Shown here one piece after another: positions 49,996-62,790 of a stretch of DNA of 64,000 nt. A program made the translations under genes and the position numbers. The notes under the pieces are model-generated. The model had not been told where the DNA came from and made no database searches. It was given only the letters and a program-made list of their open reading frames with translations. Origin of the DNA: Hamiltosporidium tvaerminnensis FI-OER-3-3 (Eukaryota > Fungi > Microsporidia). Location of the stretch: contig CM061249.1 in the NCBI GenBank assembly GCA_022605425.2, forward strand, positions 124,001-188,000, in the 5' to 3' direction. Each line of letters starts with the position of its first letter. The first letter of the stretch is position 1.

Positions 49996-51244
49996 ATACA
50001 TTTTTGGTTAACCAGAAAATTTTTTTTATCAAAAAATGTAGATTATTGTGGTTCATTATGGCGCAAAAAATTCCACATTTATTCTAAAAATTTTTAAAGA
50101 TTTAAATAAAAAAAATGATATGTGATTAAAATAAAAGTACATATTTTAAATTTAATTCCACAAATTTTATATATCAAAGAGGATCTCTTTAATAGAAACA
50201 TATTTAGACCGAGGCACCGACAAAAATTAGAGATATAGCATTTGCATGACTATAATGTTAGCTACTAACATAATTGTTATGTCTGATTTACAAATAATCA
50301 ATTTTTTTAATTTATCAGCTACAATACAATATTTTTAGTATCATATTTACGGATATTTTCTTTATAATATTATTTTTAATGTGTAGTTGCCTAAAAATGC
50401 GACATTCAGATCTTTAATCCAAATTATCTTCTTAATATTGTAATCTTGTACTTACTCATTAAGATTCCCGCTTCATATGAACATAACAAACATAACCTGA
50501 TTCCTATTGGGTAAATTTATCTAATATTCTCTTATTTTTATTTTTAAGCAAATATTTATCTTGATTTGATTTGATTACAGGAGAAAAATAAAAAAGAAAA
50601 CCAATTATACCTTAAATTAAAAATTAAATATATTAAGAATCAAAAATTATGAATTTAGATTGTCCAATAAAGCTGAAAAAATAATATAGAGGACTATCTA
50701 TTAAACCGATATTTGAGGTTTTAATACCTTATAATTTGCATTTTTCTTTCTTGATATATCAAGGTAAATAATTTGAAATGAAAATATATTTTTGTTTAGT
50801 AAAATTGAATAGAAAAGTGCAATTTTGTAAATTATAATATTTAATATCAGTTATATGTTTCCATTGCAAATATATTTAGAACATCTTTTAATAAACACCT
50901 AAAGTGATTCATGATGAATTTTAAACCCAAAAAAATCAAATTTTATTTAATTCAAACGAAAAAAAACTTATATGAATTGATTTTTTTAAAAATTTGCGCT
51001 TAATTAAATTTAAATGTATCAATATCAAATTCAATTTTATTGTTTTTTCACGGTAAATTTGAATAATTAATCATTGTGCAAATGACAAAGGTGATTGGGC
51101 AATTTAAGAAATTTTTATAAATAATTTTATAGCATACAAATATAAGAGAAAATATTACTAAAGTAAAAGAATTAAAAAAAAGTACTAATAACGAAAAAAC
51201 ATGTACATTTAGAAAATATGTCAAATCCAAGCGTTTTTATTAAT

Positions 51245-51660
51245 TAGAGCATTTTCTTTTTAGTGGTATTTCAAGTTACAATTCTTTTTCCAACACAGCA
51301 GTTGCATTTTTCAGATGTGCATTCAAGTAACAGCCACATCGATTATAACCCTTTCACCCGGTTTTGAATGATATTCTTGCACATCTTTTTAATGTAATCT
51401 CGACCTTTGAAATTTTTTGAACACAAAAAAAGTTTGAATTACAAATCGTAGCTCGGTTCCCCACGGATTTGATTCAAGATTCCATGATTGGTGCTTAAAT
51501 TAAAAATATTGGCATCTGTTATTTTCAGAACAAATGTCATAATGTTTCTTGTATTAATGCAGCCTCTGTTGACACCTGGAACTAATATTCTCAGCATGCC
51601 ACCTTTTTATCGGCAGCGTATATTAAATTGGAGATTTTAAGCATTTTAAGCCAGTTTTTA
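51245..51660 (-). mobile_element. C-terminal remnant of a KRBA2/SCAND3-type (Ginger-related) integrase with Cys-rich tail
   Basis: VPGVNRGCINTRNIMTFVLKITD...STNHGILNQ resembles the family motif IP.VDR....PRN....V......GT..G.L. It is followed, across frameshifts, by KGYNRCGC...CTSEKCNCC....CN. Confidence 0.65.
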
Positions 51661-51745
51661 AGATTTTTTTGCTGCAACTTTCCTAATTTTTTAAAGTCTA
51701 ATTTCCTTTTTTTAAATAAATAAAAATTTATTCAAATTGACCTTT

Positions 51746-52435
51746 TTTATTTAATAAAATTCCGAGTTAAAATATTTTTTTTACCCTTTTTATATATTTT
51801 CTTCTACCTCTTTAACCACTTCTGTCTCTTCTTCCAAATCCGACTTTTCATTTATGTTATTGGTCGGTTCCTCTAGAGTGGTTCCTCCTTGTGAAATAAA
51901 GGGTGTATTATTTTTTGGTTTTAAATTTTTTGCACCATCTTCCTCTCTCTTCTCTTCTTTTAAAGGAGGTGTTGGTTCCTCATGCATCTCTGCTCTCATA
52001 ATAACACCAATTGACACTTTCTCCCAGCTCTCTTCGGCATTTAGTCCTGACTCAAGTCCTCTTCGTCGGTCGAAGGAAATTGTTTCGACTGTCTTCTTAA
52101 GTACCAGCGACTAAATGTATGCCTCTATATTCAAGGGTATTTCTACTCTTTTAAAGTGTGATTTGTGGTATTTTGTCACAATACCGTCCCAGGTCATCAC
52201 ATAAAGGATTATCTCAACACCACACTTATAAATAAGACCCAACTCATTGGCTAGCAGGTCATACTTCCTAAGTTTTTCAGTTCCAACTATTTGAAGTGAA
52301 TCTTGGGAAGTGATTCCTACTTCAATGAGTATTATCTTATTCTTCTTCTTATCTAAAATAAATATGTCCGGTCTGTTATTCCGAATTCTATCATCAGTTT
52401 TAATTCAGGTGTTCACTCTTATCTCCGATTACTTT
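51746..52435 (-). mobile_element. 3' fragment of the R4/Dong-like retrotransposon (endonuclease + 3' UTR)
   Basis: Reverse-complement match to ~25555-26235 (NRPDIFILDK, IEVGITSQDSLQIV, MTWDGIVTKYH, ETISFDRRRGLE). Confidence 0.92.
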
Positions 52436-54495
52436 TTTCACGACCCAATAAACCCCCCCATGTCAAATAGAACCCCTTTATTCCTATAGAACACCCGTTA
52501 TTTTCATATATTTTACCTAAGGCCATATATTTGAAAAAAAGGAAGTTTTTTCTAAATTTAATATTGTTCTCTTTAAAAATGCTTATATAGTTTTTAACTT
52601 GAATTTTCCGCCAAAAAAATATTTCAAGTTTTGCCGGAATAAAAATAAAACTTTAATGATAATACTTAAATAATAAAAAATGCCTATAATAATTGCAAAG
52701 TAAACTAAATTAAACACGTTTTATTACGTCTCTAAAAACTGTTCTTGTGTCACCATCATTGTTTTTTACTTCAATCATGTTGTTCATCAAAATAGCGGTA
52801 ACTGTAAAAACCGAGAAATCGTAAAACAAATTCAAAAGGCGCTCTTTTACTTTTAATATTCATATCGAAGTCTTTTTTTATCAAAACTTGATCTCTAATA
52901 GACAATCTCTTTTGAGTTTATTTAAATTGTTGCTTTCTATAATTCTTTCTCTATAGTTTCTAGTTGATTAGCTACATCCGAACGAATCTTACTATCGATT
53001 TCGAGATCATTAGCTATTATAGTGGTTGTGCTGGTTACCGTTTTAGTAATTCTTCATGTACATCCGAGGCGATTTCCACGATCCATTGTGTTTTGCTGCA
53101 TTTTCTTTGGCTTAAACTATATCAGGATCTATATCAATAGAAGGTAGTATCGTAGTAGCTTTCTTTTACAACTATTATACTTCCAGATAGTGTATTGTTA
53201 AACCCTGGTTATCCGAAAGAAAGCATAAATGAAGCTTTTAATTGTTGCACTAGGTATTGTTCTGTTATAGGCATAAACAACATTATTAAGATGCTCAATC
53301 CACGTTCTTCCATCTGTATCCTGCAATTTCTTCGAGCCATCTTTTTTATAGTCTGATTTACACGTTCCACTTGACCTTGCGCTTTGGATTGCGTGGTCTT
53401 CCATGTATAATTTTGATGTTAAGATCCGTTAAAAAGGCTTCAAGTAGTGTATTTTTAAACTCTCGACCGTTATCGGATTGTATTGCCACCGGGACACCGA
53501 AGTTGTTAAATAATAATTTTAATGAATCTTTTACTAATTCCGAAGTTTTATTAATCAGCTTAAAGCTCCAGAGATGTTTTGTGTATGTGTCGATTACATT
53601 AAGAATCCAGCTATATTGATCATTTTGATCACTGTATCCCCTGAGATCTACACAATCTGTCAAAATAAGATCATATTTTTTGATAATATGGTTTATGATA
53701 CTGGCTGAATTGTTTTTGAAGAATTTAATAATCTACATACTTCACAGTCTTTTACATATTCTTTTACGTATGCCTTGGGAATTCCATGGTATTTTTGTAC
53801 AATCAAAGCCATCATTTTATTTACTCCGATGTTTACAACAGCATGCTCTGTTTGAATAATTTGTTTAATCAAGGCAGTTTCAAATCCAAAAACGGCTCTT
53901 ATTAGATGATCACGTCTTTTAAAACAAATATCATCTCCAAGCAAAGTAAAATGTTATGGCTCAACAATTCCTTTCTTCTTTGGAATACTCAGCTGGATAC
54001 TGACTGGTTTTTTAATATGCTGCAAGAATTTCTTTTTCTTGCCTATTTTTACAACTTACAATCTTTGGCATTTTGTTTTTATATATATAAACTGAATACT
54101 TAGAAAGAAACAAATAATATGAAAGCTTTAAATTAATTTATATACAACGTTTTGTTGTTAAGTGTCTTAATCAAATTTTAAAACGAAATTTTGCTACACG
54201 AATTCTAACAAATGCAAATAATTGAAGAAAGCAAAAAAGGAACTGAAAAGAAAAATGTAAATCTTATTGGATATTTTATTCATAATTAACACATTCTATT
54301 GTTTATACAAAATAAATATTAAGAAAGGATGGATAAGAAATATTGGAAAGGAAACTAAAATAAGAAAATGTATAGGAATAAGAGGAATAAATGGATTATA
54401 AAGATATAGAAATTAAACGGCTATATGAAAAAATAAAGGATGTTATCAACAGTAAAATGTATAGGAAATAACGGGGATTTTATTGGCCCGTGACG
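52436..54495 (-). mobile_element. Ginger2/TDD-like DNA transposon with frameshifted rve integrase and terminal inverted repeats
   Basis: Integrase pieces: H...IG...Y..I....V..C..C, ILNVIDTYTK, IQSDNGREF, HGRPRNP and VVYAYN, with the C-terminus ending near 52710. Left end TCACGACCCAATAAACCCC versus right-end reverse complement TCACGGGCCAATAAAATCCCC. Confidence 0.8.
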
Positions 54496-54803
54496 ATGAA
54501 TATTCTATTTTTTTAAAAGAAATTCCTTCTGATTAAAATCTCGATTTCTGCCAAAAATTTTATAGATCACTCTTCGATTACCAAAAATGGTATTTTTCAG
54601 ATTATGATTAATTATTTTTTTAATTTATCACTTAATTTTCTTACTAGGATTATTTTGTTTATTTGGTTATTTTTTTTAAAAGGAGATGAATTTAAATATT
54701 TGTTTTTAATTTACCCCAAATTAGAAAATTTTAAAACTTATCAAATTAATCTGGCAATTAAATCATTTTATTTATAACTTTTAATCAATAAGAGGCCCTT
54801 GTA

Positions 54804-55262
54804 ATGAATTTTAGCTACTACATTTATTCATACATTTTTGTGTTTGTTTGCTTTTATTTTGATACCAAGAATATTGAAACAAAATATTTTGGATATTGTG
54901 GTTCTCGTTTGCATTGCGACCATACTTATGCAAAATCTTTCACAAAAGCAACAAATGAACGAGAAGTCGGTTCTTTTCCACAAGAAAAGAAGAAAAATCA
55001 AGGTGGTAACAATCTTATTTGTTTCACATGTACGAAATCAGTAGGATCGCTCATCCGAAAACAACAATTGCCTTCTAAAACCGGGGAAAGTAGCGGAAAT
55101 AAACAGAAAGATACCGATGATTCTAAAAAGGATATTCTTTACGCACGGATCATATCACTAAAAAAAAATAGGGTATTAAATCCAAAAGTTCGCCTCGATA
55201 GAATAAAAGGGCTGGAGACAAGGCAAAATACATCCGAAAAAACAGAAGATGAAGAAAATTAA
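54804..55262 (+). CDS. Small orphan protein (152 aa) with signal-peptide-like N-terminus
   Basis: Upstream CCCTTGTAATG and AATAAA-like sequence just after the stop. Hydrophobic N-terminus, Cys/His cluster and charged C-terminus. Confidence 0.65.
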   Translation: MNFSYYIYSYIFVFVCFYFDTKNIETKYFGYCGSRLHCDHTYAKSFTKATNEREVGSFPQEKKKNQGGNNLICFTCTKSVGSLIRKQQLPSKTGESSGNKQKDTDDSKKDILYARIISLKKNRVLNPKVRLDRIKGLETRQNTSEKTEDEEN

Positions 55263-58200
55263 AAATAAATCTGGCTTAACCTATTTTAACTTTTCAATAT
55301 TCAATTTTTTTTTCGATTCAAATTTCAAAAATGCTTCTTTTTTACTTCAAAGAGCATGTTGCTTCTGTTTATGATAATTAAGTCTATTAACCGCTCATAA
55401 ATAATTCCTAACTTGGTCATGATGTTTTTAGAATCTCAAAAAATCAAAAATATAATTTTATTTCTATCTTAGGAATTTAATATTAAAAGTAAAAAAATCC
55501 AAACTTCGATTTCTTTTTCGTTATGCCTCTTTTTATTGCATTTTAAATGCGGAATACCCGAAAAGAGTGTGGCTACTGAATTTGAAAATCCATCACTGGA
55601 TATAAATTCACTTTTTCAAGACACGGAATAAACTTATAAAATTCCACTCATAGAATGAATATTTTCGGCTTCAATTAAAGTACTGTGGATTTTATTGGAA
55701 TTTTATATTCATGGTTTCAGATGGTTTCGAAGTAACCACGTGGTATTTAAAATCATACCTCCAAATTAATCGTTTCTAAATTATCTTTATCAAGCTTTGT
55801 ATAAAAGCTAAGCCCTTTGGATCCAAAAACATATCTCAGAATATCCTAGGTTAGGGTGTTTCACACGTTTGGCAAAGTTCACAAAACACTTTCATTCATC
55901 CGGGAAATATGATAAACTTCCGATCAAATTATAAAATCATTGAAGTTATGATTGCAAAAATTTCTGGAAAATTTGCTCGGATAATATATTTTAATCTTAA
56001 TTTATAATTTTTAAATACCGTAGTACTTTACGGCTATAAATTTTTTTAGTTTATTCTATCGTATTGTTGCCCCTGTCTGATATCTCAGCGATTCCATAAT
56101 GCTTTTATTAATGCTGGTATGAATCTGTCTTTCATTATTTCTTTCATTTTTTATGCTAGATATTGAAAACTCTATGGAGAATCTTGATAATATTTCTTCT
56201 TTAAACATAAAAAATAAATTCTATTAAATCAATTATTTTAAATTTATAAACCGAAATCGTTTCGTGTTTTAATTTTTTGAAGTTTCGTATAAAAATCTTC
56301 AGCGAATGTCGTTTTTGTTATTTAATCTAATCTTTCCGTATAATATTTGACGCATAAAAAACAAATTTATACTTTTTTCAAGATTCGCAGAAAAATACCT
56401 TGAATTCTTTATAAACATCTTGGTAAATATCCAAAATATTCGCAAAACATACATCAGTGCAAAAATTGAAATGTAATATATTATCAACACGGATTTTTAA
56501 GATGAAATAACTTGATATTTAATCATACGCCAAATATTTTTCTTCAATGAGATATTATTAGAAAATAAATCTCAAATGTAAGTCAAATTCAGTTTTGATT
56601 GATTCAAGATCTTGATAAAATTTTTCGACGAGCAAGATATAAATTTTATTTGTAAAATATAAGATCTATTGCAATTCTAAAATTCTGGTATCTTTAATTT
56701 TTGAAAAACTTTCAAGGTTTTATATATAAAATTTACAAAAAAAACTCCTATTTTTTTTTAAATAAGACATTATTTAATGTCAGATTATATTTATGAAAGA
56801 TAAATGATTTTGTAAAATTATTTCAGTGAATACGTTTTTTAACAATATTTCACCGCTGGATGTATCTTTCTTTAATATATTATAAGGAAAAATTTTGAGT
56901 AGTTTAAAACGATGTATAATGTAAAGCTACTGCTCATCCTATGCGCACAAAAAATTCTAAAATTTTGCTTTCCCTAAAAAAATATGCAAAGTATCGTTTG
57001 ACCTACACTATAAGCAATAATCAAGCTATTATAGAATTTTTCATTTATAAATTTGCATTCCGCAATTTAACTATTCAGAGTATAATAATATCGATAACAT
57101 CTTGCAAATTTTTTATTCTTTAAAAAAATATATTCTTTTCAGAAAATATTTTTAGCCAATTTTCTTTCTATGGAAACTTATTGATATTTTTCAAGTAAGG
57201 TATATCAAAAAAGGGATTATTTATTCTATTAGAAGCAAATACGATGGCATCCTGTTTAATAATACGTATCACTGCAAGTTTTTTTAATTTTAAAACAATA
57301 AATACATACTTATTTAGAAGTTATTTGACAATGCAGGAAATTTCATATACATTGCTGATGGTTTAATACGGCCTCAAAGTATAAATCTACCATTTTGATA
57401 TATTTAATCTGATAAACGTAGGAATAATTTAGAAGGTAAACTTTATTGATGCAATATAAAGAAATACAGTATCTATAAAGAAAACGAAATATTTATATAA
57501 GTTAATTAATATAGCTATTAAACTGGATTATAGCCTTTTCTATCTTTTTGATAACCATTAGCCGCTCGTCGATGTTATAAGTGTAATAATTCTTATAAAA
57601 TCGAATTTTTTAGTATAATTCACACGTTTTATCTTTTTATTTCACCAATAGATGTCACATCGTCGATTGTATGATCAGATGTAGACAATTTCCGGTTGCA
57701 ATTTTTTTATCGTTTATTCGTATTTCTGTATCTAAGAGCACGTAAGCTAATTACTGCTGAAACTTATTAATAGCGATGACCTAGAGAAATTATTTGCAAA
57801 TTAATTAAATTACAAAGTTTCTGCAATAATAAATATTTTTTTAGAATTTAACTAATTGCAAACTCAAAATCAGCAAATTATATTTATAACTCAAGAATCA
57901 ACAAAAAAATTATAATGTTTTTTTTCTAGTATCGGACTAAATTTACCTTAAACGACTTTGCTTAACTATTTTTATAAAAGGAATGATTAATTTTATACTT
58001 AAATTTAACACGCCAAACTGTAGAGTATAGCACCAAAGATCTGTTAATAGATATTGTATTCTTTCTGAATTTGTTTTCTATTTCCTGATATTGTGTTTCA
58101 TAATAAACTTCAGAAGCTACCTACTTTTAAGCAAACCTCTGAATGAATTATTTTATTAAATATGTATTAGAAAAAGAACAATAAAATGTTTTTTGCGATT

Positions 58201-59954
58201 TTGTTTTTTAAAATTTTTTTATCTGTTTCGCACCAACAAAAAAATATATTTAAACTTTGAATATTCTAAAGTGTATTTATATATTTTCTAAATAAACTAG
58301 GCTTTTATCTACATATTATAGAATATTATCATACGTATACGCTAAATATGATAGTAAATTCATCCTTACGAAAACCGTAGATATTGCTTGATACACTTAC
58401 CTATTCACATAACGCTGTTCAAAATTCTTATGGATGTGAATTCACTATCAAGTCGCCGGCTTCAAGAGACAACACTTTATTTAATCTTCGAGTATTTCTT
58501 TCCTTTACTCAAATATATCTCTTTAGAAATCATAAATGTGAAGCATAATATCTGTTTTACCCCCGAAATACCCCATATGTCTCCCGGGCTTCATTTTTCA
58601 CATTTTATTTTGCACAAAACATACATACTGAGCATAGATTAAAATCTATGGAATCACACATATGTAGATTTAGTCTGGTTTTTAGAATATATTCTTTGTA
58701 TCATGCCGGTATTACTAAAACAATTTTGTTATTCTTGCTAGTCAGCATTTTCAGTGGAGAATAAACTATTTCATACTAAGTTATTTTTTCCAATTGGTTT
58801 AAATTTAAAGATCTCTTTGGACTCTTTACCCATATAATTATGAACGAAGAATTTTTTTGAATAATTCAGAGCACAAAAAATACTGATTCTAATGCATACT
58901 TTTGTCTTTTATATTTATAAAAGGAAATGGTTGTTTTCTAGTTAAAGCTCTAAATTTTTGAGATTTTTTTACTTTTTAAAAACACAAATCTAGCTTGTTT
59001 ATATAATCAGCATTATCGGAAATTCATTTAAGCAAAATTTGGATTTTAAGTATTTGTATAGTATAAAAATAAGCTTTAATATACGGGCATATTCATAACA
59101 GTAATTTAATATTTTTATTTCTTGGTGCGTAATACTTTATTTTTATTCGATAATTATTTAAGACTTTTTTTATGGTTTCTTAAAAAGTTTATGAAATATT
59201 TCTGAAATATATTTGTTTAATCTAGTATTTCTGGTGTAGTAATTTATACAGGAAAGTAAAAGAACTTAATACCTCTAATTTTTAGGCAGATATATGAATT
59301 GAGCTTATCAACATTTCCCTTTATTTTTCTTTATTCTCATTTTTTTATTAAATAAAAAAAAACCAATTTAGCTGGCTTTTCAGGTAATAAAAATCAATAT
59401 ATTTGTAAGAAAATTAAAATAAATATAAAAACAATTTATTCCACCAATCTATAATAAATAAACTTTGTGAATTTTAAAGAGCAACAAATTTTATTCCAAA
59501 GAAATATAATTATTGAATATTTAATTCACACATTTAATAAAAAATTCACTATAAGAAAAATATTTCATTATTTAATTTAGCCTATTTTATGAAAATATAT
59601 ATAAATTTTATTAGAATTTAATATATTTTGTATTGGATTAATGTTTCTACATCAAAGAAATTTAATAAAATAAATTTTATTTTCAAACTCCACTCGGTAT
59701 TAATTTTAAATTTTGATTACCTTAAACACAAAATTTATTGTGTTGCTCTATTATTTTAATAGAATGAGTTCAAATTTTATTTTGTAATATTTTATTATTT
59801 TAATCAAAGTGAGCTCAAATTTTATTTTTATTGTTGTATTTTATTTTGTACTGCTCTTCTCTTTCATACTTTGAATATAAATTTTGTATTTTCTAAATAT
59901 TTTGTAATTTCTAACTTAAGAGACATAAAATATTGTCTTTGGTTTTACCCTCTA

Positions 59955-61844
59955 ATGCCTCAAGAAATATCAGATATATTTATATATAAAGAATCTTTAC
60001 TAAAATCAAATATATTAGGATCTACGATATTCAAATCATATTTTGTTACATTAACGAATACTTCAATAAACTTTTATTCGCTTATAGATTTTACAAAGAT
60101 TATTACTTTTCCACTTATAAAAAATATAGAAAATAAAAACAGTTTTATATCTTCTGACAATGAAATTTTAATATCTTCAGAAGATTTAAATTTTATTTAT
60201 AAAATGATAAAAATTGATTTAAAATATAAACTTGGAAATGTATTTACTCAGTGTTCTTTTACTGACCGTTTTTTTATAACGGCTGTGGACAATACAGATA
60301 TATTTTTTTATGATAAATTTTCTGATTTTAAAGAAGAATTGATTTATAAATCGAAAAACAATTCCATTTCATCTTTAAAAGCAATTTTTGAGGAAATAAT
60401 TATTGGAACGAACGATGGGAAAATTATTATTTTAAATTTTAAATTCGATTCGAATCAAAATGACAACAAATTGGCAATAACGAATAATAAAATGCTTAAA
60501 GTTGATGAAGAATATGTAATTACGGGTATTGAGCATATAGAATATAATTATTATTGTTGTGTATCTTCATCTGGTCGTGCATTTTTTTTTGATACAAAAT
60601 TATGTTCAATACTACAGACAATTACTGTAAGCAAAGGACCATTACGATGTTTAGTAACTGGAAATGACTTTATTTATATTTCGGGTGATTATACGGGAAT
60701 AAATGCATATTCAAGAGTTTTTGATTATTATGAAAGTACAGAAAATAGTAAAATCCGAAAATATAGATTTTTTGCAAAAATAGATACGCATTATTTACCG
60801 ATAACCAATTTAATTTATAATAATGAAAGAATAATTTCTGTTTCTCAAGATGGATTGATTAATTTACATTGGTTGTGTGAAGACAAATTTTTATTTAGAA
60901 AATATTATTTTGGAAAGAAAATTTGTTTTTCTAAAAAATATTTTACAGTTCAAAACAATAAAAAAATAAATTTTTACAAAGTTTTATTACCGAATAAGGT
61001 AAAAAATAATAAAAAAACCGAATTTAATTTAATAAATTTGTCTAATAAAAATATTCGATTTGATGTGAAATTTAAATCCAAATCAAATATAATCGATTAT
61101 TCGTATTATAAGAAGTATTTGGTGATTAGTCAGAATGATAAATCGAAATTATATAAATTAAAAGATAAAAAATTTAAAAAAGTAAAATCATTTCTACCAG
61201 GATACCAAGTTTCTTTCTCGGAGAATTTATTAGTGATCAATACATTTAATGGATATATTATTGTTTATTGTTTAAAATCAAAAAAAGAAATTTGCAGGAT
61301 TATTTTAGATGAATACGAAAAAGTTTTATATGTAGAAAACGAATATGTGGTTACCAAAAGTAAAATATATTTCATAAATCAAGAACTTAGTGAAAATTCT
61401 AAAAAAATAAAAAATAACGAAAATATAAATTATATTTGTGATTATTCATCTTTACTTGATAAAGAATACGAAATGGATTTATTTTTTAATCATAAGAATT
61501 ATAAAATAATTATTTATCATTTAAAAAACTATTCGTACGAAACAAAATATTACATTTCAATTATTAAATCAACCAAAATTAAAAATGATGAAATATTTAA
61601 ATTAGAATTAAAAAATATTTATAAGATTGATGGAGGTTTCTATACAGAAAATGGTGTATATTTTTATAATCATTCATATTTATTTTATTGTCGGATTTAT
61701 GATGATAGAATAGATGAATGTAAAAGAATATATGTTGGGGAAATACTTGAAGGAATAACTATTATTAATAATCAAGTTGTTGGTATTAAAAGTAGTTATA
61801 CTAAAATATTTGAAGGTATAAAAGAAAAATATGGAATGAAATAA
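59955..61844 (+). CDS. WD40-repeat protein, probably Utp4 (SSU processome UtpA subunit)
   Basis: Beta-propeller-like repeats. FFDTK..SILQT....GPLRCL.....IYISG and H..PITNL......ISVSQDG resemble Utp4. The start was moved to the ATG after CCCTCTA (59955). Confidence 0.65.
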   Translation: MPQEISDIFIYKESLLKSNILGSTIFKSYFVTLTNTSINFYSLIDFTKIITFPLIKNIENKNSFISSDNEILISSEDLNFIYKMIKIDLKYKLGNVFTQCSFTDRFFITAVDNTDIFFYDKFSDFKEELIYKSKNNSISSLKAIFEEIIIGTNDGKIIILNFKFDSNQNDNKLAITNNKMLKVDEEYVITGIEHIEYNYYCCVSSSGRAFFFDTKLCSILQTITVSKGPLRCLVTGNDFIYISGDYTGINAYSRVFDYYESTENSKIRKYRFFAKIDTHYLPITNLIYNNERIISVSQDGLINLHWLCEDKFLFRKYYFGKKICFSKKYFTVQNNKKINFYKVLLPNKVKNNKKTEFNLINLSNKNIRFDVKFKSKSNIIDYSYYKKYLVISQNDKSKLYKLKDKKFKKVKSFLPGYQVSFSENLLVINTFNGYIIVYCLKSKKEICRIILDEYEKVLYVENEYVVTKSKIYFINQELSENSKKIKNNENINYICDYSSLLDKEYEMDLFFNHKNYKIIIYHLKNYSYETKYYISIIKSTKIKNDEIFKLELKNIYKIDGGFYTENGVYFYNHSYLFYCRIYDDRIDECKRIYVGEILEGITIINNQVVGIKSSYTKIFEGIKEKYGMK

Positions 61845-62069
61845 AAATCAATTTTTGATTCTTTTTTAATTTTGAATTTTCTCTATTAAAATACATTTAA
61901 AATCTCTATGGAAAAATAAAAAATAAGATTTGATATTTTTTAACAAGTTTTGTTTTAAATTTATTTATTCTAAATTATAAGAGTTCTAAATTATATACAA
62001 TCGTAGATATAATTACGGCTCACATATTTAAAAGATAACAGGCTTCACAATTATATACAAAAGATAATA

Positions 62070-62790
62070 TTGGTGTCATGCAATATATATTACATAATTT
62101 TCCAAAAAGTAAAAATTTAAACTATTTCCATGACATTAAGGCAGTTATAGGTTTAACATAAATAATCTCCCTACATCCTAACTTTAATTCCAATGATACT
62201 TACATCCTGAAAATCTTCATCAAAAAGAGGTTTAAACCCGATTAATGAGCAAGAAAGTTACCCCAAATTCGTTAGTTTTTGATTATAAGTGAATTATCGC
62301 GTGTAAGTGCCCATCTTAGGCTTCTCAAATAACCAATTAGGATCCTGCTTACCCTATATTTTAGAACCAAATAAACTTTCAACCGATATAAATGACGGGG
62401 AGATAAAACGGGGTCTATTTAGACGTTGAAATGTCATAATAATATGTATAACCTGCTACTTAGCTTTCCTGGCTTTTTAAAGCGTGAATTTTTTTTGCAG
62501 CTCAGGCAAAAGTCTTTTAATTCGAGTGAGAAAGACTAGATTCGCCTTGCCTTGCATTAAAATTACATAAAAAGTTCAGAAGTGATATCAAATCATGTTT
62601 GATAAAAACTACGAACGAATTTTTTATTAGAAATTCACTATTTTCTAGTCATTCTTCCTTTTATAGAAATTTTTAGGTGTAAACGAAAATTTAATGTGAT
62701 TTTATTTCATAGAAATACAAAAAAACATTTTAAAATTATTTTCACATACTCTTTGCCAAGCGGACGTGTTTATGTGTGTTTAAAGTGTTC
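62070..62790 (-). repeat. Dispersed ~750-bp repeat family, copy 6
   Basis: Shared blocks ATGACATTAAGGCAGTTATAGGTTTAACATAAAT, GGGTCTATTTAGACG, GTATAACCTGCTACTTAGCTTTCC and TTGCCAAGC. Confidence 0.8.

Noticed and set aside
59871-59954. 28-aa N-terminal extension of the WD40 gene
   Set aside because: TTG start; the CCC motif points to the ATG at 59955.
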